The notes beneath the pieces were generated by a model that was not told the origin of the DNA, did not search any database, and saw only the letters and a program-made list of their open reading frames with translations. From Octopus vulgaris (Eukaryota), in assembly GCA_951406725.2 (NCBI GenBank), contig OX597814.1, forward strand, positions 117,056,001-117,120,000: 64,000 nt of DNA, written 5' to 3'. A program made the translations under genes and the position numbers. This document shows, piece by piece, positions 1-13,240 of the stretch (the first letter of the stretch is position 1; every line of letters begins with the position of its first letter).

Positions 1-23
1 TTTGTTTTTTATTCATATATTCC

Positions 24-72
<49 letters not shown>

Positions 73-139
73 TATTGCTCAGTGATATGATACGAGTTTT
101 GGTACAATGCCCCTAGAAGATCTTTCCTTCCATATATAT

Positions 140-203
<64 letters not shown>

Positions 204-366
204 GTTATCGCCATACTAATATGGCATTCTTATAAAAATAAGAAAAAAGCTGTCCGCTTATTAGCTCCATGAGGCCATCGCCTTAAGTTAGCTATTTGAT
301 ACACAAACTGTATCCATATAACCTTCGAACAAGGGAGGTCAGTCGCTCCACACTACTTGACCGGCA

Positions 367-408
367 GCTACAGACGCGTTTCGGAGTATTGCCCCTTTTC
401 AATGCAGC
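367..408 (-). ncRNA. Inverted identical copy of the U3-A8 hammerhead ribozyme
   Basis: Exact reverse complement of 729-770. Confidence 0.8.
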
Positions 409-728
409 GTAGCCAGCCAGTAGGTGTCGCTTCCGACAATCTCTGTTCGAAGGTTATATGGATACAGTTTGTGTATCAAATAGCTAACTTAAGGCGATGG
501 CCTCATGGAGCTAATAAGCGGACAGCTTTTTTCTTATTTTTATAAGAATGCCATATTAGTATGGCGATAACTATTATTTTCCGGGAACGCTGCCGCTGTT
601 CTCTTTTAGAGAGACTTAGTTATTTTAATATTTCTATTATTGAAAACAAGTGGATGTATTCCACCGAAACTAGGTAAATAAAACCATCGAACAGAGATTG
701 TCGGAAGCGACACCTACTGGCTGGCTAC

Positions 729-770
729 GCTGCATTGAAAAGGGGCAATACTCCGAAACGCGTCTGTAGC
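729..770 (+). ncRNA. Minimal type I hammerhead ribozyme, U3-A8 core variant
   Basis: Stem I GCUGCA/UGUAGC; core UUGAAAA; stem II GGGG-CAAUA-CUCC; GAAA; palindromic stem III ACGCGU; GUC site (cleavage after 764). Confidence 0.8.
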
Positions 771-988
771 TGCCGGTCAAGTAGTGTGGAGCGACTGACC
801 TCCCTTGTTCGAAGGTTATATGGATACAGTTTGTGTATCAAATAGCTAACTTAAGGCGATGGCCTCATGGAGCTAATAAGCGGACAGCTTTTTTCTTATT
901 TTTATAAGAATGCCATATTAGTATGGCGATAACTATTATTTTCCGGGAACGCTGCCGCTGTTCTCTTTTAGAGACTTAGTTATTTTAA

Positions 989-1053
<65 letters not shown>

Positions 1054-1981
1054 AAGGAAAGATCTTCTAGGGGCATTGTACCAAAACCCGTATCATATCA
1101 CTGAGCAATATTTAAAACAGTTATGAAATATTGAATCAGGTATGTTGTATGTATTTTAGAATAATATTCGTCCTTTGCAAATTTGATTTCGAATTGATTT
1201 TGACCATATATATTCCAGTAGTTTGTGCATGTTAAAGGCTTCTAATAATTATTTTAGTCTTGCCTCAACCCTTTTGCCTATACTTGTTCAAAGGTCTATG
1301 TTTTTTTTAGACAATCATACTTTTCGTTTAATTCAACCAGCATGTTACAGAGAGAAGAACTTGTGATGCAATACAATTTCTTGGCAAACATAATTACATA
1401 ATTAATGTGTAATAATCGAAAATTGTCAGAAAATCACATATAGACGACTAAATGCTATCTCAATGAACCACAAATTCAGAACTATAATTTGAACTAATAT
1501 ATCTAAACAGGTCTTCAGTCAGACATAATTCTTTGTAATGAATCAAACTGCATTAAATATGTTCAGAGATAACTATCAACTACCAACTACCAACTCAAAG
1601 AAAAAATGGTCTTGAGAATAATAATAATGATAATAATTCTGAATCTGTTAATTTGATAGTTCTAAGAAACGTACGCGCACGCGTCTGTATCTATGTAAGT
1701 GTGTGTGCATAGGCTGATTGAAGTTGTTTACAGATTTAATGTGTTAAGGAAAAGAAAATATTCTGGATTTGAGTGGAAAATATCTATTTTGTGCTTTCAT
1801 CTCTTTCAAGGACTTATCATGAATGATTTCTTATAGAATATTCATAACTTTTATATACATGTAATTTAGTTGAAAAGAAAAGGCCAGAGTTAAATTTGTT
1901 CTCCTAAGTTTTAGAAAGAGGGTATTTTGGGAGTGGTTACGATGTTTGTTATTTTGAATCGAAGTGTGCGTGCATATATCA

Positions 1982-2242
1982 TGTCATCACGTTGCCGACC
2001 AGGCTATCCGAGGTTGTTGAACATCACTGGTCACAATGCACTTTTATATTGCTTTAGACTTCAAATGATGCCACCCCTCTGGCTAGGTGAGCAGGCCGAC
2101 ATACCTTAATGATCGAAAGTCAGACGGGCGCAATGTGATATAAAATGTTTTGTTCAAGAATACAACATGCCTACAAGTAAGGAAATCGAACCCACAATCT
2201 AGCGATCGTTTAACAGACTAATCACTAGGCTGTGCACCTTCA
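1982..2242 (-). mobile_element. tRNA-derived SINE (family C), degenerate
   Basis: A/B-box-like head on the minus strand (...CCTAGTGATTAG...GGGTTCGATT); similar to the copy at ~18470-18757. Confidence 0.55.
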
Positions 2243-2263
2243 CTGTGTGCATATATATTTAAA

Positions 2264-3788
2264 CAGTTACGGCCAAAATGTTCAGAACGGCATTGTTTTC
2301 GTCAGAAAAGTAGATATAATTTTTTATTGAAGTTGTTTTATATTGTATAATTTTCACAGACAATAAATACGATATTATTCGTTATTGCCTGAGATTTTGG
2401 TGTAATTTGAGAGGATAATACAAAAGTTATGGATGATTTAGTGATTTACTGCAAAACCCATGGCGGCCAAAATGATCAGAACGGTTGCTTTTACTCCGTG
2501 TTTTAGTATATTTAACCGGCGAACTCTAATGTTTTGAATTTGTTTACGTGACAGTTCGTAAACTAAACATTAGTAAGAATATTTGCAGTGTGCTTTGTTA
2601 ATATACTCCGTTACCAATTTGTCAGCAGATTATTAAGCTTCGAAGGAAGGATAATTTAAGTATCGGGTCTATTGCAAAGATTGTTAACAAGTCAAAAAGT
2701 GTTGTACACGGTATTCTTAAGGTCTACGATGATTGTAGTTCGTGTGAAGCAAGAAAGTTTACAGGTAGGCCAAGAAAAACGACCAAGAGAGAAGATCGTG
2801 CTATGGTAAAGTCGGTTAAAAAGGACATATTTAAAACTGCTGCTGCTGTTTCTCAGAAAATGAGCATTGTATTGAAGAAAACTTTATCTCGAAAGACACT
2901 GTGTCTCATCGTTTAGTTGAACATGACCTACAAGCAAGAGCACCTGCAGTGAAGCCACTGATCAGCTCCAAGAATAAAAAGTGTCGTCTTGCCATTGCAA
3001 CCAAACATGCGTTGTGGTCTCAAGAAAAATGGCAAACGGTGCATTTCAGTGATGAATCTAAGTTTATACTATTTGGATCATCGAAAAGTAGGTGAAAAAT
3101 TGTCGCCTAAATGCCTTAAGACTAGTGTTAAATTCGGTGGAGGAAGTGTCATGGTTTGGGGGATGATATCTGGAGTTGGTGTGGGCCCTTTGCTGCGATT
3201 ACATGAAAAGGTAAATGCAGGAGTTTATAAACAACTTGTAAAAGATCATGTCTTGCCTTTGCTGAGAAATTCAACTGAGCGACCACCCATATTCATGCAG
3301 GACAATGCTCCATGTCACAAGGCTAAGGTGGTCATGAACTTCCTCAAGACTGAAAAGGTTATTGTTATGGATTGGCCTGCTCAAAGCCCAGATCTCAATC
3401 CTATTGAAAATGTGTGGAATATTCTAGGAGACGGTTCGAAAGCCAGAAATCCTAAAACAACTGAGCAATTATGGAATGCCCTTCAGGAAGAATGGAATAA
3501 GATCACCCAGCAAGAAATTGAAAATTTAATTTCCTCGTGCAGTCGAAGATGTCAGAGTGTGATTGAAGCTAAAGGGCTTCACACTAAATATTAAATAATT
3601 CCAGTATTCTCTGTCATTTTTGATTAGTTTGTTATTTTTTCAACCGTTCTTATCATTATGGCCGCCATGGGTTTTGCAGTAAATCACTAAATTTGTGAAA
3701 TTTATAGAATATAAAAAAACTTTAATAAAAAAGTATATCTACTTTTCTAACGAAAACAATGTCGTTCAGAACATTTTGGCCGCAACTG
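2264..3788 (+). mobile_element. Tc1-family DNA transposon (IR/DR type), defective copy 1
   Basis: CAGTT...AACTG termini with TA at the right end; long TIRs with an internal direct repeat (GGCCAAAATG.TCAGAACGG); transposase motifs GRPRKT, FSDESKF, QDNAPCH, SPDLNPIENVW. Confidence 0.95.
2608..3594 (+). pseudogene. Tc1 DD34E transposase pseudogene (start lost, frameshifts)
   Basis: ORFs 2901-3095 and 2989-3594 encode HTH/DDE pieces; a deletion near 3080 relative to copy 2. Confidence 0.9.
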
Positions 3789-4692
3789 TATATGTGTATT
3801 TGTGTGTGTGATTAACTGTATTCGCGTGTGTTGATTTCGTGTTGGTTTTTTAAGTGTACTTTCCAGTTATTTTAGTAACAGTAATGAGAAAGTTATGAAT
3901 AACAGTATCCAACAGCAAACTGGTTTGTTTTCGTCTGGAAAATTAAGATAAAAAAAGAATTTCGTATTGTTTTATAAATATGTTTCATAAACGATAATTT
4001 CGTTATAGTTTATATGTAAATCCATTGCTTTTTTGATAATTTGGATCAACCTTTGGGCATTTGTAGAAGCGGAAAGTCATGATAGTACTGCCTCAGCAGA
4101 TTTCAAGATGTTAGCTCAGCGGATCATACATAATTATTTTCGTCGTCTAATTTGTCTACGAATTCTTGTATGTTTATAAATAAAATTGTTGGTTTCGCCA
4201 ATATAAGTTCCAAGAAGTGAAATCAGCATTGCGACGATATCAGATGCATTAGAAAGAAGAATTACTAAAACCGCAAGTTTGGAGAAGAGGCTCGTGGCGC
4301 CTTGGTATCTGACTGGCCTTTTGAGGGGCTTCGAAGTTGACAGTAGCAAAGCCGGGGAGAATGTTTCTGAATGTATAGCAGAAGCTTCGGTATAGAATAC
4401 ATGTATCGCGTTTACACGCATAAATTACAGCGACATGTATATGTATGTACACCCCACCATACACCAGAAAAATAACACAAACGAATACCTGTTCTTCTAG
4501 AACAGAAACGCACGCACTCATATACTTAAATACAAATACAAGGAGTACATACTTACGCACATACAAACCAATATATGCATCCTAAACACCTCACGCACAC
4601 ACACGTATACAGCCAGCATTAAAGCACATCTATACGCACGCAAACACACATACACACGTATATATATATATATATATATATAGGTACATATA

Positions 4693-5326
4693 CTCTTTTA
4701 CTCTTTTAATTGTTTCAGTCATTTGACTGTGGCTATGCTGGAGCACCACCTTTAGTCGACCAAATCGATCCCAGGCCTTATTCTTTGTAAGCCTAGTACT
4801 CATTCTATCGTCCACTTTTGCCGAACCGCTAGGTTACGGGGACATAAACACACCAGCATCGGTTGTCAAGTGATGTTGGGGGGACAAACACAGACACAAA
4901 CATACACATACACAGACACACTCACACACACACACACACACGCGCACACACACAAACACACGCACACACATACACTCACACACACACAGGCATATATATA
5001 TATATATATATATATATAGGTACATATACTCTTTTACTCTTTTAATTGTTTCAGTCATTTGACTGTGGTTATGCTGGAGCACCACCTTTAGTCGACCAAA
5101 TCGATCCCAGGCCTTATTCTTTGTAAGCCTAGTACTCATTCTATCGTCCACTTTTGCCGAACCGCTAGGTTACGGGGACATAAACACACCAGCATCGGTT
5201 GTCAAGTGATGTTGGGGGGACAAACACAGACACAAACATACACATACACAGACACACTCACACACACACACACACGCGCGCACACACACAAACACACGCA
5301 CACACACATACACTCACACACACACA

Positions 5327-5370
<44 letters not shown>

Positions 5371-5501
5371 CGGCAGGCATACCTTCAGTTTCCGTCTACC
5401 AAATCCACTCACAAGGCTTTGGTCGGACCGACGCTATAGTAGAAGACGTTTGCCCATGTGGTTCGTAAGCAAGCTACTTAGCACACAGCCACTCCTGCGC
5501 C
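4693..5501 (-). mobile_element. tRNA-derived SINE family B with internal microsatellite; 3' half tandemly duplicated (336-bp period)
   Basis: Head GGCGCAGGAGTGGCTGTGTG...; tail ...CAGTCAAATGACTGAAACA(AAAAGAGT)n; homologous to copies at 34389, 45173, 21055 and 49870. Confidence 0.9.
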
Positions 5502-5505
5502 TATG

Positions 5506-5554
<49 letters not shown>

Positions 5555-5989
5555 ATTATATACGTATGTCGTGAAAGGAATTACATTTTTCTTAACTTGG
5601 ATCTATATGTGCAAATATGTGTATGCACAAGTGTGAATTTGCGTTGTACGGTATGTATAATTATTTGTATTTATATTTCCCGTGTATCGTGTTGACGAAG
5701 GTAAAAAGTTTGTTTTTATGGTTTTAATCCAGAAATTGGATCCAATTCACAATTAACATGAATTTTTAAAAATATTATTTTACTGGCTCTGTTTCAAACA
5801 TGTGTATATATATATATATATAGTATGGAGTTTTCCGTAGTTTCTGAGTGCCTCGGCGCTTCAAGCATGTTAGAGATCGTTTTCGTCCTTGCTCCCTTAA
5901 CATAATTATTCAAAGTATAAGTTACCTATGAATTTTTATACTATTATAACTACGAGATAAAAATCATTAACGTGATTTTATCCTTATAT

Positions 5990-6026
<37 letters not shown>

Positions 6027-6314
6027 GTGTGTGTGCGTGTGCGTGTGTGTGTGTGTGCGTGTGTGTGTGTGTGCGCGTGTGTGTATGGTGACTGAAGACG
6101 GGGAATTTTCCTTGTGTTATTTGTCCTGTACTCTATTTGTTCGTTGTTTAAGAAAAATGTCCAGTTCCTTGGTTTTGTGTTTATGTTTTCGTTTCTCATT
6201 GTGTTCGACGTTTTTTTTGGTGTCCTGTACCCATATATACATGTATATATACATGTAGAGGTAGGTACGTACATATATGTATGTATATATGCATATGTTT
6301 TATTTATTAATTTA

Positions 6315-6362
<48 letters not shown>

Positions 6363-7057
6363 TTGCGTGTGATGGAGCGATTAGCAGAATGTAACTGTTG
6401 TTGTCTATGTTGGAATCTAAGGTGATAATGTTGACTCCACAAAAGAAAGACAGTGACCGAAGCTTTAGATAGCATATTTGCTTTTATATTAGATATGATT
6501 AAAGCCAAACCACGACGAGTAGGCGTGTATAAATACAGAGAGAAAGCATACGAAGCAACGAGAATTATATTTGCTTGTTAAAGGGTAGATAGTGTTGAAC
6601 TTTACATATTCCCCTATTCCCCGTCGTTGTAACAGCAGTAACTAAATTGATTAAGTGATGTGTTGAAACCAAAGTGAATGAGGAGTGGTGAGTACCATAG
6701 CTGTCCGACTTTGGTGCTCTGTCGAGACGGTATTTCGAACTAGTGTGGCTGCCCTCTCTTGGTTGCCCTCACAAACTGATTTTTCCCTTAGGCATTCTGG
6801 TATTAATAATTATGTAGGCTAGCTAGGAAAATGGACAGTGACTGAATTAATGTAGGTCACTCCATATCAATTTCAAATTTTCATGGTATAGAAAATGTTA
6901 AGAGTCAAGTGGAAAACACATATATCAGCGATTTCCCCTGACAAAACAATAGGTCGTAAGACTAGGGAGGATTTAGAGATTCAGTTTTGAATCTCAGGTT
7001 GGGCCAAGCGAGATCCTCCACACTCATATATATATAATGATATTATAAGATATATAT

Positions 7058-7094
<37 letters not shown>

Positions 7095-7097
<3 letters not shown>

Positions 7098-7355
7098 ATA
7101 AAACGGTAAGATAACAAAAGAAAGAAAGAGACCTCAATATTATGTAAATAGAGGAAATTTATCTATACAATATGTTACATTACTCGGTAGTCAAGATAAA
7201 ACTCTGAGTTTCAGATGCCGAAGTGGAAATCCACAACACCATCTCTTCGGTTATCTGCAGATAACCGAAGAGATGGTGTTGTGGATTTCCACTTCGGCAT
7301 CTGAAACTCAGAGTTTTATCTTGACTACCGAGTAATGTAACATATTGTATAGATA
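7095..7355. mobile_element. Fold-back PLE-pLTR-like element with a perfect spacer-less 196-bp palindrome (7160-7355), between (TA)n tracts
   Basis: Arms are exact reverse complements centred on CTG|CAG (7257/7258). Confidence 0.85.
7259..7321 (+). ncRNA. Hammerhead-like motif (mirror copy on minus strand at 7194-7256)
   Basis: Stem I AGAUAA/UUAUCU; core CCGAAGA (U4C); stem II GAUG...CAUC followed by an extra U; GAAA; stem III ACUC-A-GAGU; GUU site. Confidence 0.6.
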
Positions 7356-7418
7356 TATATATATATATATATTTATATACATACATACATACATACACAG
7401 ACACAGACACAGACACAA

Positions 7419-7452
<34 letters not shown>

Positions 7453-8200
7453 TTAAATGGATTGATTGATAGATAGATGGATACATATTTATATATAATT
7501 AATGAGAGAAGGAAGATAAATGATGCGGGAATATTTATTAATCACTACATTTTTTCCATCCATCTAGCATCGATCTCTCACGGATAGAATTCTTAACAGG
7601 TTTAAAGGTATACATCGGTGTAGATATCTCTTTGCGGGTGATAATAAGACGTATCGTGTTAAAATAACTTCTGCTATGCAAAATATATCTTTTCGGTTTG
7701 TGAAAAGGAAAGCAGCAGATTTAAGGTTACTGCTTCATTTTTATAGGAGGCCAATAGTAAATAACAGATGCAAAAAGAAACTGATAAATGATACTGTGCA
7801 AAAAGTATTAAATACCTAATAACATTTTCGCTGTATTGTGTATTCGATTGCGTGTCATTATCATCCGAAGAGACACAGCTATACTGGCCGCTACTCCTAA
7901 ACCACTACACCACCCATGAGTGATCGATGCTAGATAGGTCAAAACAATTGTAGTGATATATAATTTTTCTTCCATCTTCCGTCTCTCTCATTAATCAAAT
8001 ACCCAACGTACATTGTGAAAGTGAACGTGCTTTACCGCTAAGCTAGCAGGTGAATAACATACGAAGTATTATATTTATATATATATATATATATATCAGT
8101 ATATATAATCTTTATATATGCAAGTTGATGTATGTATGTATGTATGTATGTATGTATGTATTTATGTATGTATGTATGTATGTATGTATGTATGTATGTA

Positions 8201-8274
<74 letters not shown>

Positions 8275-9686
8275 CATGTATATATCTATGCATCTATGTA
8301 TGTATCATAAAAATAAGAAGCAAGTTTAACTGATTTAATATAAATGTGAGATAGGTATTCGATGCAACTTTTATAGAAATATTTTCTCGGATTATGTTCG
8401 ACATATTTCCATCGAAACCATTTCAGTGTTCTACATTATGTAGTTTTTCATTTCTTTCGAGTTTGAAAGTTTCGTTTCCTAAACTAAAGATCTTTCAGCA
8501 GTAAGTTCAGCGTAGAAGTATAATATATTAATGTTTTTTCAGTAAGCCACTGGTATATGTGAAAGACTGTGCTACACAACTATTTCAATACGGCTGCATT
8601 TCGGGGAAAGTAGTAACCATCAATCTCTTCGGTATAAAAGATGGTCATATCCGCTCTTAATATGAACGGCAGCGTTAATGGTTTCTTGACCTTGTTCTGG
8701 TGAGTATGTATAAAATGTTTTAAGCAAGATACATATTTTACTTTCTCCAAAGGTGGATGTCTGAACAAAATAAACTTAAATTCCGCGACGGGGTTTTGAA
8801 GCACTTAACTATGAGTATGCTAGCAAGTCAATAAAAAATGGATACATAGTTCCATGAACGATTGCAGTCATCCAATTATAATACATTCAAGATAATAATA
8901 ATTAAGGTATTCTTTACTGTAATTATTAAAATGCTAGTAACACGTTTTATGCTTGTATAATACTGGAATTTTAGAGTCTTGGTTCAAATCCTACTGTGCT
9001 GAACATACTCTTTCATCTCTTCATTGTCGATAAAATAACGTATCTGTCAAAGACTGAAATCAATCATTTCGATTAATCTTCTCCCCTGAGAATTACTCGC
9101 CTTGTGCCCAAATGAGAAACCTTTAATAAAATAGCAACAAGAGGCTTCTACCAAAGCAGTGTATTTGCAAAGAAATAGGAACGCATTGGATAAGGTAACT
9201 TGCAGAATTAGTCGGAGAATCATAAGACATTATATATTGACTGCGGAAATGTTGTGTTTCCTCTGTATGAAACTATTAGTAGCTCATATTGACATAATAT
9301 TTATATTAAATGATAATTATCTCTCACTGGATAGGTACTTCATTTGTTTATTCCTATAATAACAGATCACTATATATATATATACCACACAGACAGATAT
9401 ATGCTTAGAAAGAAAGAAAGATTGAGAGATAGATACACACAAAATAGATAGATAAATACATAGAAAGAGATAGAAAGGTAGATGATAGACAGAAAAACAA
9501 ATATACAGATACAGATAGCGAGAAAGCGAGAAAAACGAATTCAAAATATTCCCTGAAATGCGAATAACTTGTGCTTTTTGTTGATATTACGAATCTTTAT
9601 ACATTCAGAAATATATTTGTATCTATGTATGGAAACGTGTAGTCATGCAAGTAGTCAAGAAAATATGTATGCATGTATCTCGCCCT

Positions 9687-9726
<40 letters not shown>

Positions 9727-9800
9727 ATGCACATGCATACGTACATGCATATATATATGTACACATATACACCACATATACATATATATGTATGTATATA

Positions 9801-9859
<59 letters not shown>

Positions 9860-10824
9860 TTCTCTTCCCGCTCCCTCTCTCTCTCCCTATATATATATAT
9901 ATATATATATAGTGGTATGCAAATGGGTGTGTGCCTGCATGGGTGCGTGTGCCCGCTTGTGACTGAATGAGAATTGCTATGCATTTTGAAAAACATTGCA
10001 ACAAAGGAATTAAAATCATATTTGTAAGCCTTATTTCTATACATGCATTGTTTAACATTTTATAATGCACTGTGGATGTGTATTTTCTTTAATGTTTAAT
10101 ACGTACAGCCATTTGTTATAAGATAGCCTATAAACTATGGATGAATTATGAAACATCAATATAACATGTTTCTAGATTTCTACAAAAAAACCTAAGTTTT
10201 CTATGTAGTTTTAATTAGTTATGCGTTTTAGTTTTGACAGTATCTCTGTGGTTATTATGTCCAACAAATCATTTCAACAAAGGGAACATTGTTACAAACG
10301 TTTTGTTAGCATAATCAATATGAACCGAAGTATATAACTCAACTCCTACAGCTATCTTTTCAAGGATTCAACAACGCTACGAATATATGTATGTAGAATT
10401 ATAGCTAAACGGATATTTGTTCTCGTATTTTAATGTATTATATCTTTCGGAAGTTGATGTAAGTTATATTTTTCGTCTCTATAAAACTTTTTCTACAGAA
10501 TATTGGATAGGAGTCAAAAATTTATGTATTATAATTTTCTATTGTGAACAATAATATCGAATGAACAATAATATCGTAAACATTTCATAAATCATTTGTG
10601 ATCAGTTGCTAGAGAGCAATTGTTAAAATACTTTCCCTTCTGCTGTGGCAAACTGGAGTCTTTCAAATTGCAAAATAATTTGGTAATAGAATTTTCTTTT
10701 CCTTTATATGTAGCTTAAGTACAGAAAGTTTCTCAACTAAACAGAACATCACACACAAAGAGGCTTGCGTACACACATGTATATAAACGTATTTAGTGCA
10801 TATACATACACACACATAAACAAG

Positions 10825-10903
<79 letters not shown>

Positions 10904-11566
10904 GTATGAGAATAATTTAAAAAGATATTCTGTATTATGTAATGCAACACCTGAGGTCATCTTATAATGTAAATAGTAAGATGTATTTGGTCAATAAAAC
11001 GTCCACAGTAAGATGAAATATGGTAATAGAGAAGCGAATATCTTACATTAAAATTAGAGTTGCTTTATGCAAAAAGTAATCCACTGTAAAGTGCAATCGC
11101 TGTTAACATGTACATGACAATCTTTCGTCTAAAGATAAGAGAGGCCATTTACTTCGAAACTGCAAATCAATATACGACGTGAGATAACTGAGTGATCCAC
11201 ATATGTGTTGTATAGACAGCTTTCTAACAGATATGGAATAAAAGTGATAAGCAGCTGTATCAATTACAATGCATTAAGATATAGTAAGAAAATAATGATT
11301 TAAACCTGACACTTTGTGCACAAGAGCAGACAGAGTATTTTGAAGTATTAGCTTTGTTGAATATATATGGTTGCCGCTGGTGGCTGAATAATACTTCACA
11401 CAGATTTTATCCGACACAAACATACTTAGCTAAGTTTATTTTATCTTATTTAAACTAAGTTTTGTAAAGTTTAGCAGAAACAATAACTGAAATAAATGCA
11501 TGTGAGGAAGTTATGGAAGTTATTATTAGTATCATTTACTTTCATGAAGAGTTACGTGAATCTTTA

Positions 11567-11568
<2 letters not shown>

Positions 11569-11604
<36 letters not shown>

Positions 11605-11610
11605 TATTAC

Positions 11611-11660
<50 letters not shown>
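11569..11660. repeat. (AAT)n followed by (TAT)n: self-complementary trinucleotide array
   Basis: Direct reading. Confidence 0.9.
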
Positions 11661-11661
<1 letters not shown>

Positions 11662-11828
11662 GAACAACTCCGGCAATTTACGTTCTGAGCTCAAATTTCG
11701 ACGAGGAAGAATTTTCCTTTCACGATTTAAGATCGATAAAATAAGTATCATTGATCCTTGGGATCGATGTATTTGACTATTAACATCGCTGCCAAAATGA
11801 AGGCCTTGCCTATAGTAACAAAAATTCA

Positions 11829-12073
11829 TGTTCTTTTTGTTGTTGTTGTTGTTTTTGTTGTTGTTCTTCTTCTTCTTCTTCTTCTTCTTCTCCACCTTCT
11901 TCTTCTTCTTCTTGTTATCCTCTTCCGCCTTCTTCTTCTTCTTCTCCTCCTCCTCCTCCTACTTCTTCTTCTTCTTCTTCTTCTTTGTCTTCTTCTTCTT
12001 CTTCTCCACCTTCTTCGTCTTCTCCTCCTCCTCCTCCTCCTCCTCCTTCTTCTTCTTCTTTGTCTTCTTCTTC
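11829..12073. repeat. Compound (TTG)n/(CTT)n/(CCT)n microsatellite
   Basis: Direct reading; accounts for the poly-L/R/F/S ORFs. Confidence 0.95.
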
Positions 12074-12202
12074 TCAGAACTTTCGATTCTCCTTGCTCTT
12101 TTGAATTATGTAAGAGCAACATATTCTCAAATTTATCAGAAGTACTTTTTCTTGCATACTTAGTACTCAAGTAGCAATTTAAAAATTATTATTGACTATA
12201 TT

Positions 12203-12360
<158 letters not shown>

Positions 12361-13240
12361 TTAATATCTGGCCCAGTATACAATATAGTGAGATTGTTCA
12401 TTGAAGGCGGCGAGCTGGCAGAATCGATAGCACGCCGGGCGAAATGCGTAGCCGTATTTCGTCTGCCGTTACGTTCTGAGTTCAAATTCCGCCGAAGTCG
12501 ACTTTACCTTTCATCCTTTCGGGGTCGATAAATTAAGTACCAGTTACGCACTGGGGTCGATGTAATCGACTTAATCCGTATGTCTGTCCTTGTTTGTCCC
12601 CTCTATATTTAGCCCCTTGTGGGTAATAAAGAAACAGATATTGTGTGTACCCAGGGTTTGTACTGTCTGCCATGTCACATCAAGAATTTCGGACAGACAA
12701 TGGTTTAAGCAATAAGCGTGCAATTCCAATTAATGCCGATGTTTGTAATATACCAAGATTGTTCGGTATTTCTAAAATTTCCAGCTGTTTTTTTCTGGTT
12801 GAGTAGCATTGAACCCAATATTCCGATGACAATACGGACAAACTTTACGTTTGACTCACGTAGCTGTCACATCTGGGTGATCGCAATTCTCAGATCTCCC
12901 TATTTCTCAATCTATTCTCTTTCATTCATGATATGTTAATGTCCTGGCACTGACACTGAATATTAGGCATTCTCGCTTGTCCCTTCTAAAGGTTACTATA
13001 TCCGAGCTTCGATGCTTTAACAACTTATCTTTCTGGAATTCAAAGTCTTAGAGGAGTTTTGCCTTTCCCCTGTTCTTCATGTTCCGGAGAGCCACTGTTG
13101 TTGTATCTGATGTCTTGCCTATGTCCGTTAAATATTTTTGGAAACATTCTGTTGTACAGCCAACATTAATCATTTTGTGTTTGGTGCATTCCGCCGCACC
13201 AAACATATATATAAGCGAACATTATTTATCAACGTTATTT
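12361..13240 (-). mobile_element. R4/Dong-clade non-LTR retrotransposon 3' fragment (restriction-like endonuclease), interrupted by a SINE
   Basis: Minus-strand translation with frameshifts: KAKLL*DFEFQKDKLLKHRSSDIV...KRECLI...DLRIAITQM...VKFVRIVIG...LQTSALIGIARLL, matching the KILWDF/RPDIV/KYxDL/PIVIGALG/LQKxALLGTARIL RLE signature. Confidence 0.7.
12406..12634 (+). mobile_element. tRNA-derived SINE family A (full length)
   Basis: GGCGGCGAGCTGGCAGAA A-box head, GAGTTCAAATTCC B box, tail GTCTGTCCTTGTTTGTCCCCTCT...AATAAAGAAA; multiple copies in the window. Confidence 0.92.

Larger units (their letters stand above)
200..997 (+). mobile_element. Non-coding PLE pLTR/retrozyme-like element: ~362-bp unit (444-805) + partial tandem copy (806-997) + inverted copy (200-450), inserted in (TA)n
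   Basis: 444-637 matches 806-997 directly; 200-450 is the reverse complement of 687-937; hammerhead present in both orientations. Confidence 0.85.
71..1111. repeat. Outer inverted repeat (~61 bp arms, 71-132 and 1051-1111) enclosing (TA)n arrays and a nested hammerhead element
   Basis: ATATTGCTCAGTG...TTCCTTCCA is the reverse complement of TGGAAGGAAAG...CTGAGCAATAT with 1 mismatch. Confidence 0.9.

Noticed and set aside
8641-8705. Possible first coding exon ATG...TTCTG|GTGAGT (MVISALNMNGSVNGFLTLF)
   Set aside because: Good donor site and start context, but no recognisable homology or downstream exon; needs RNA-seq
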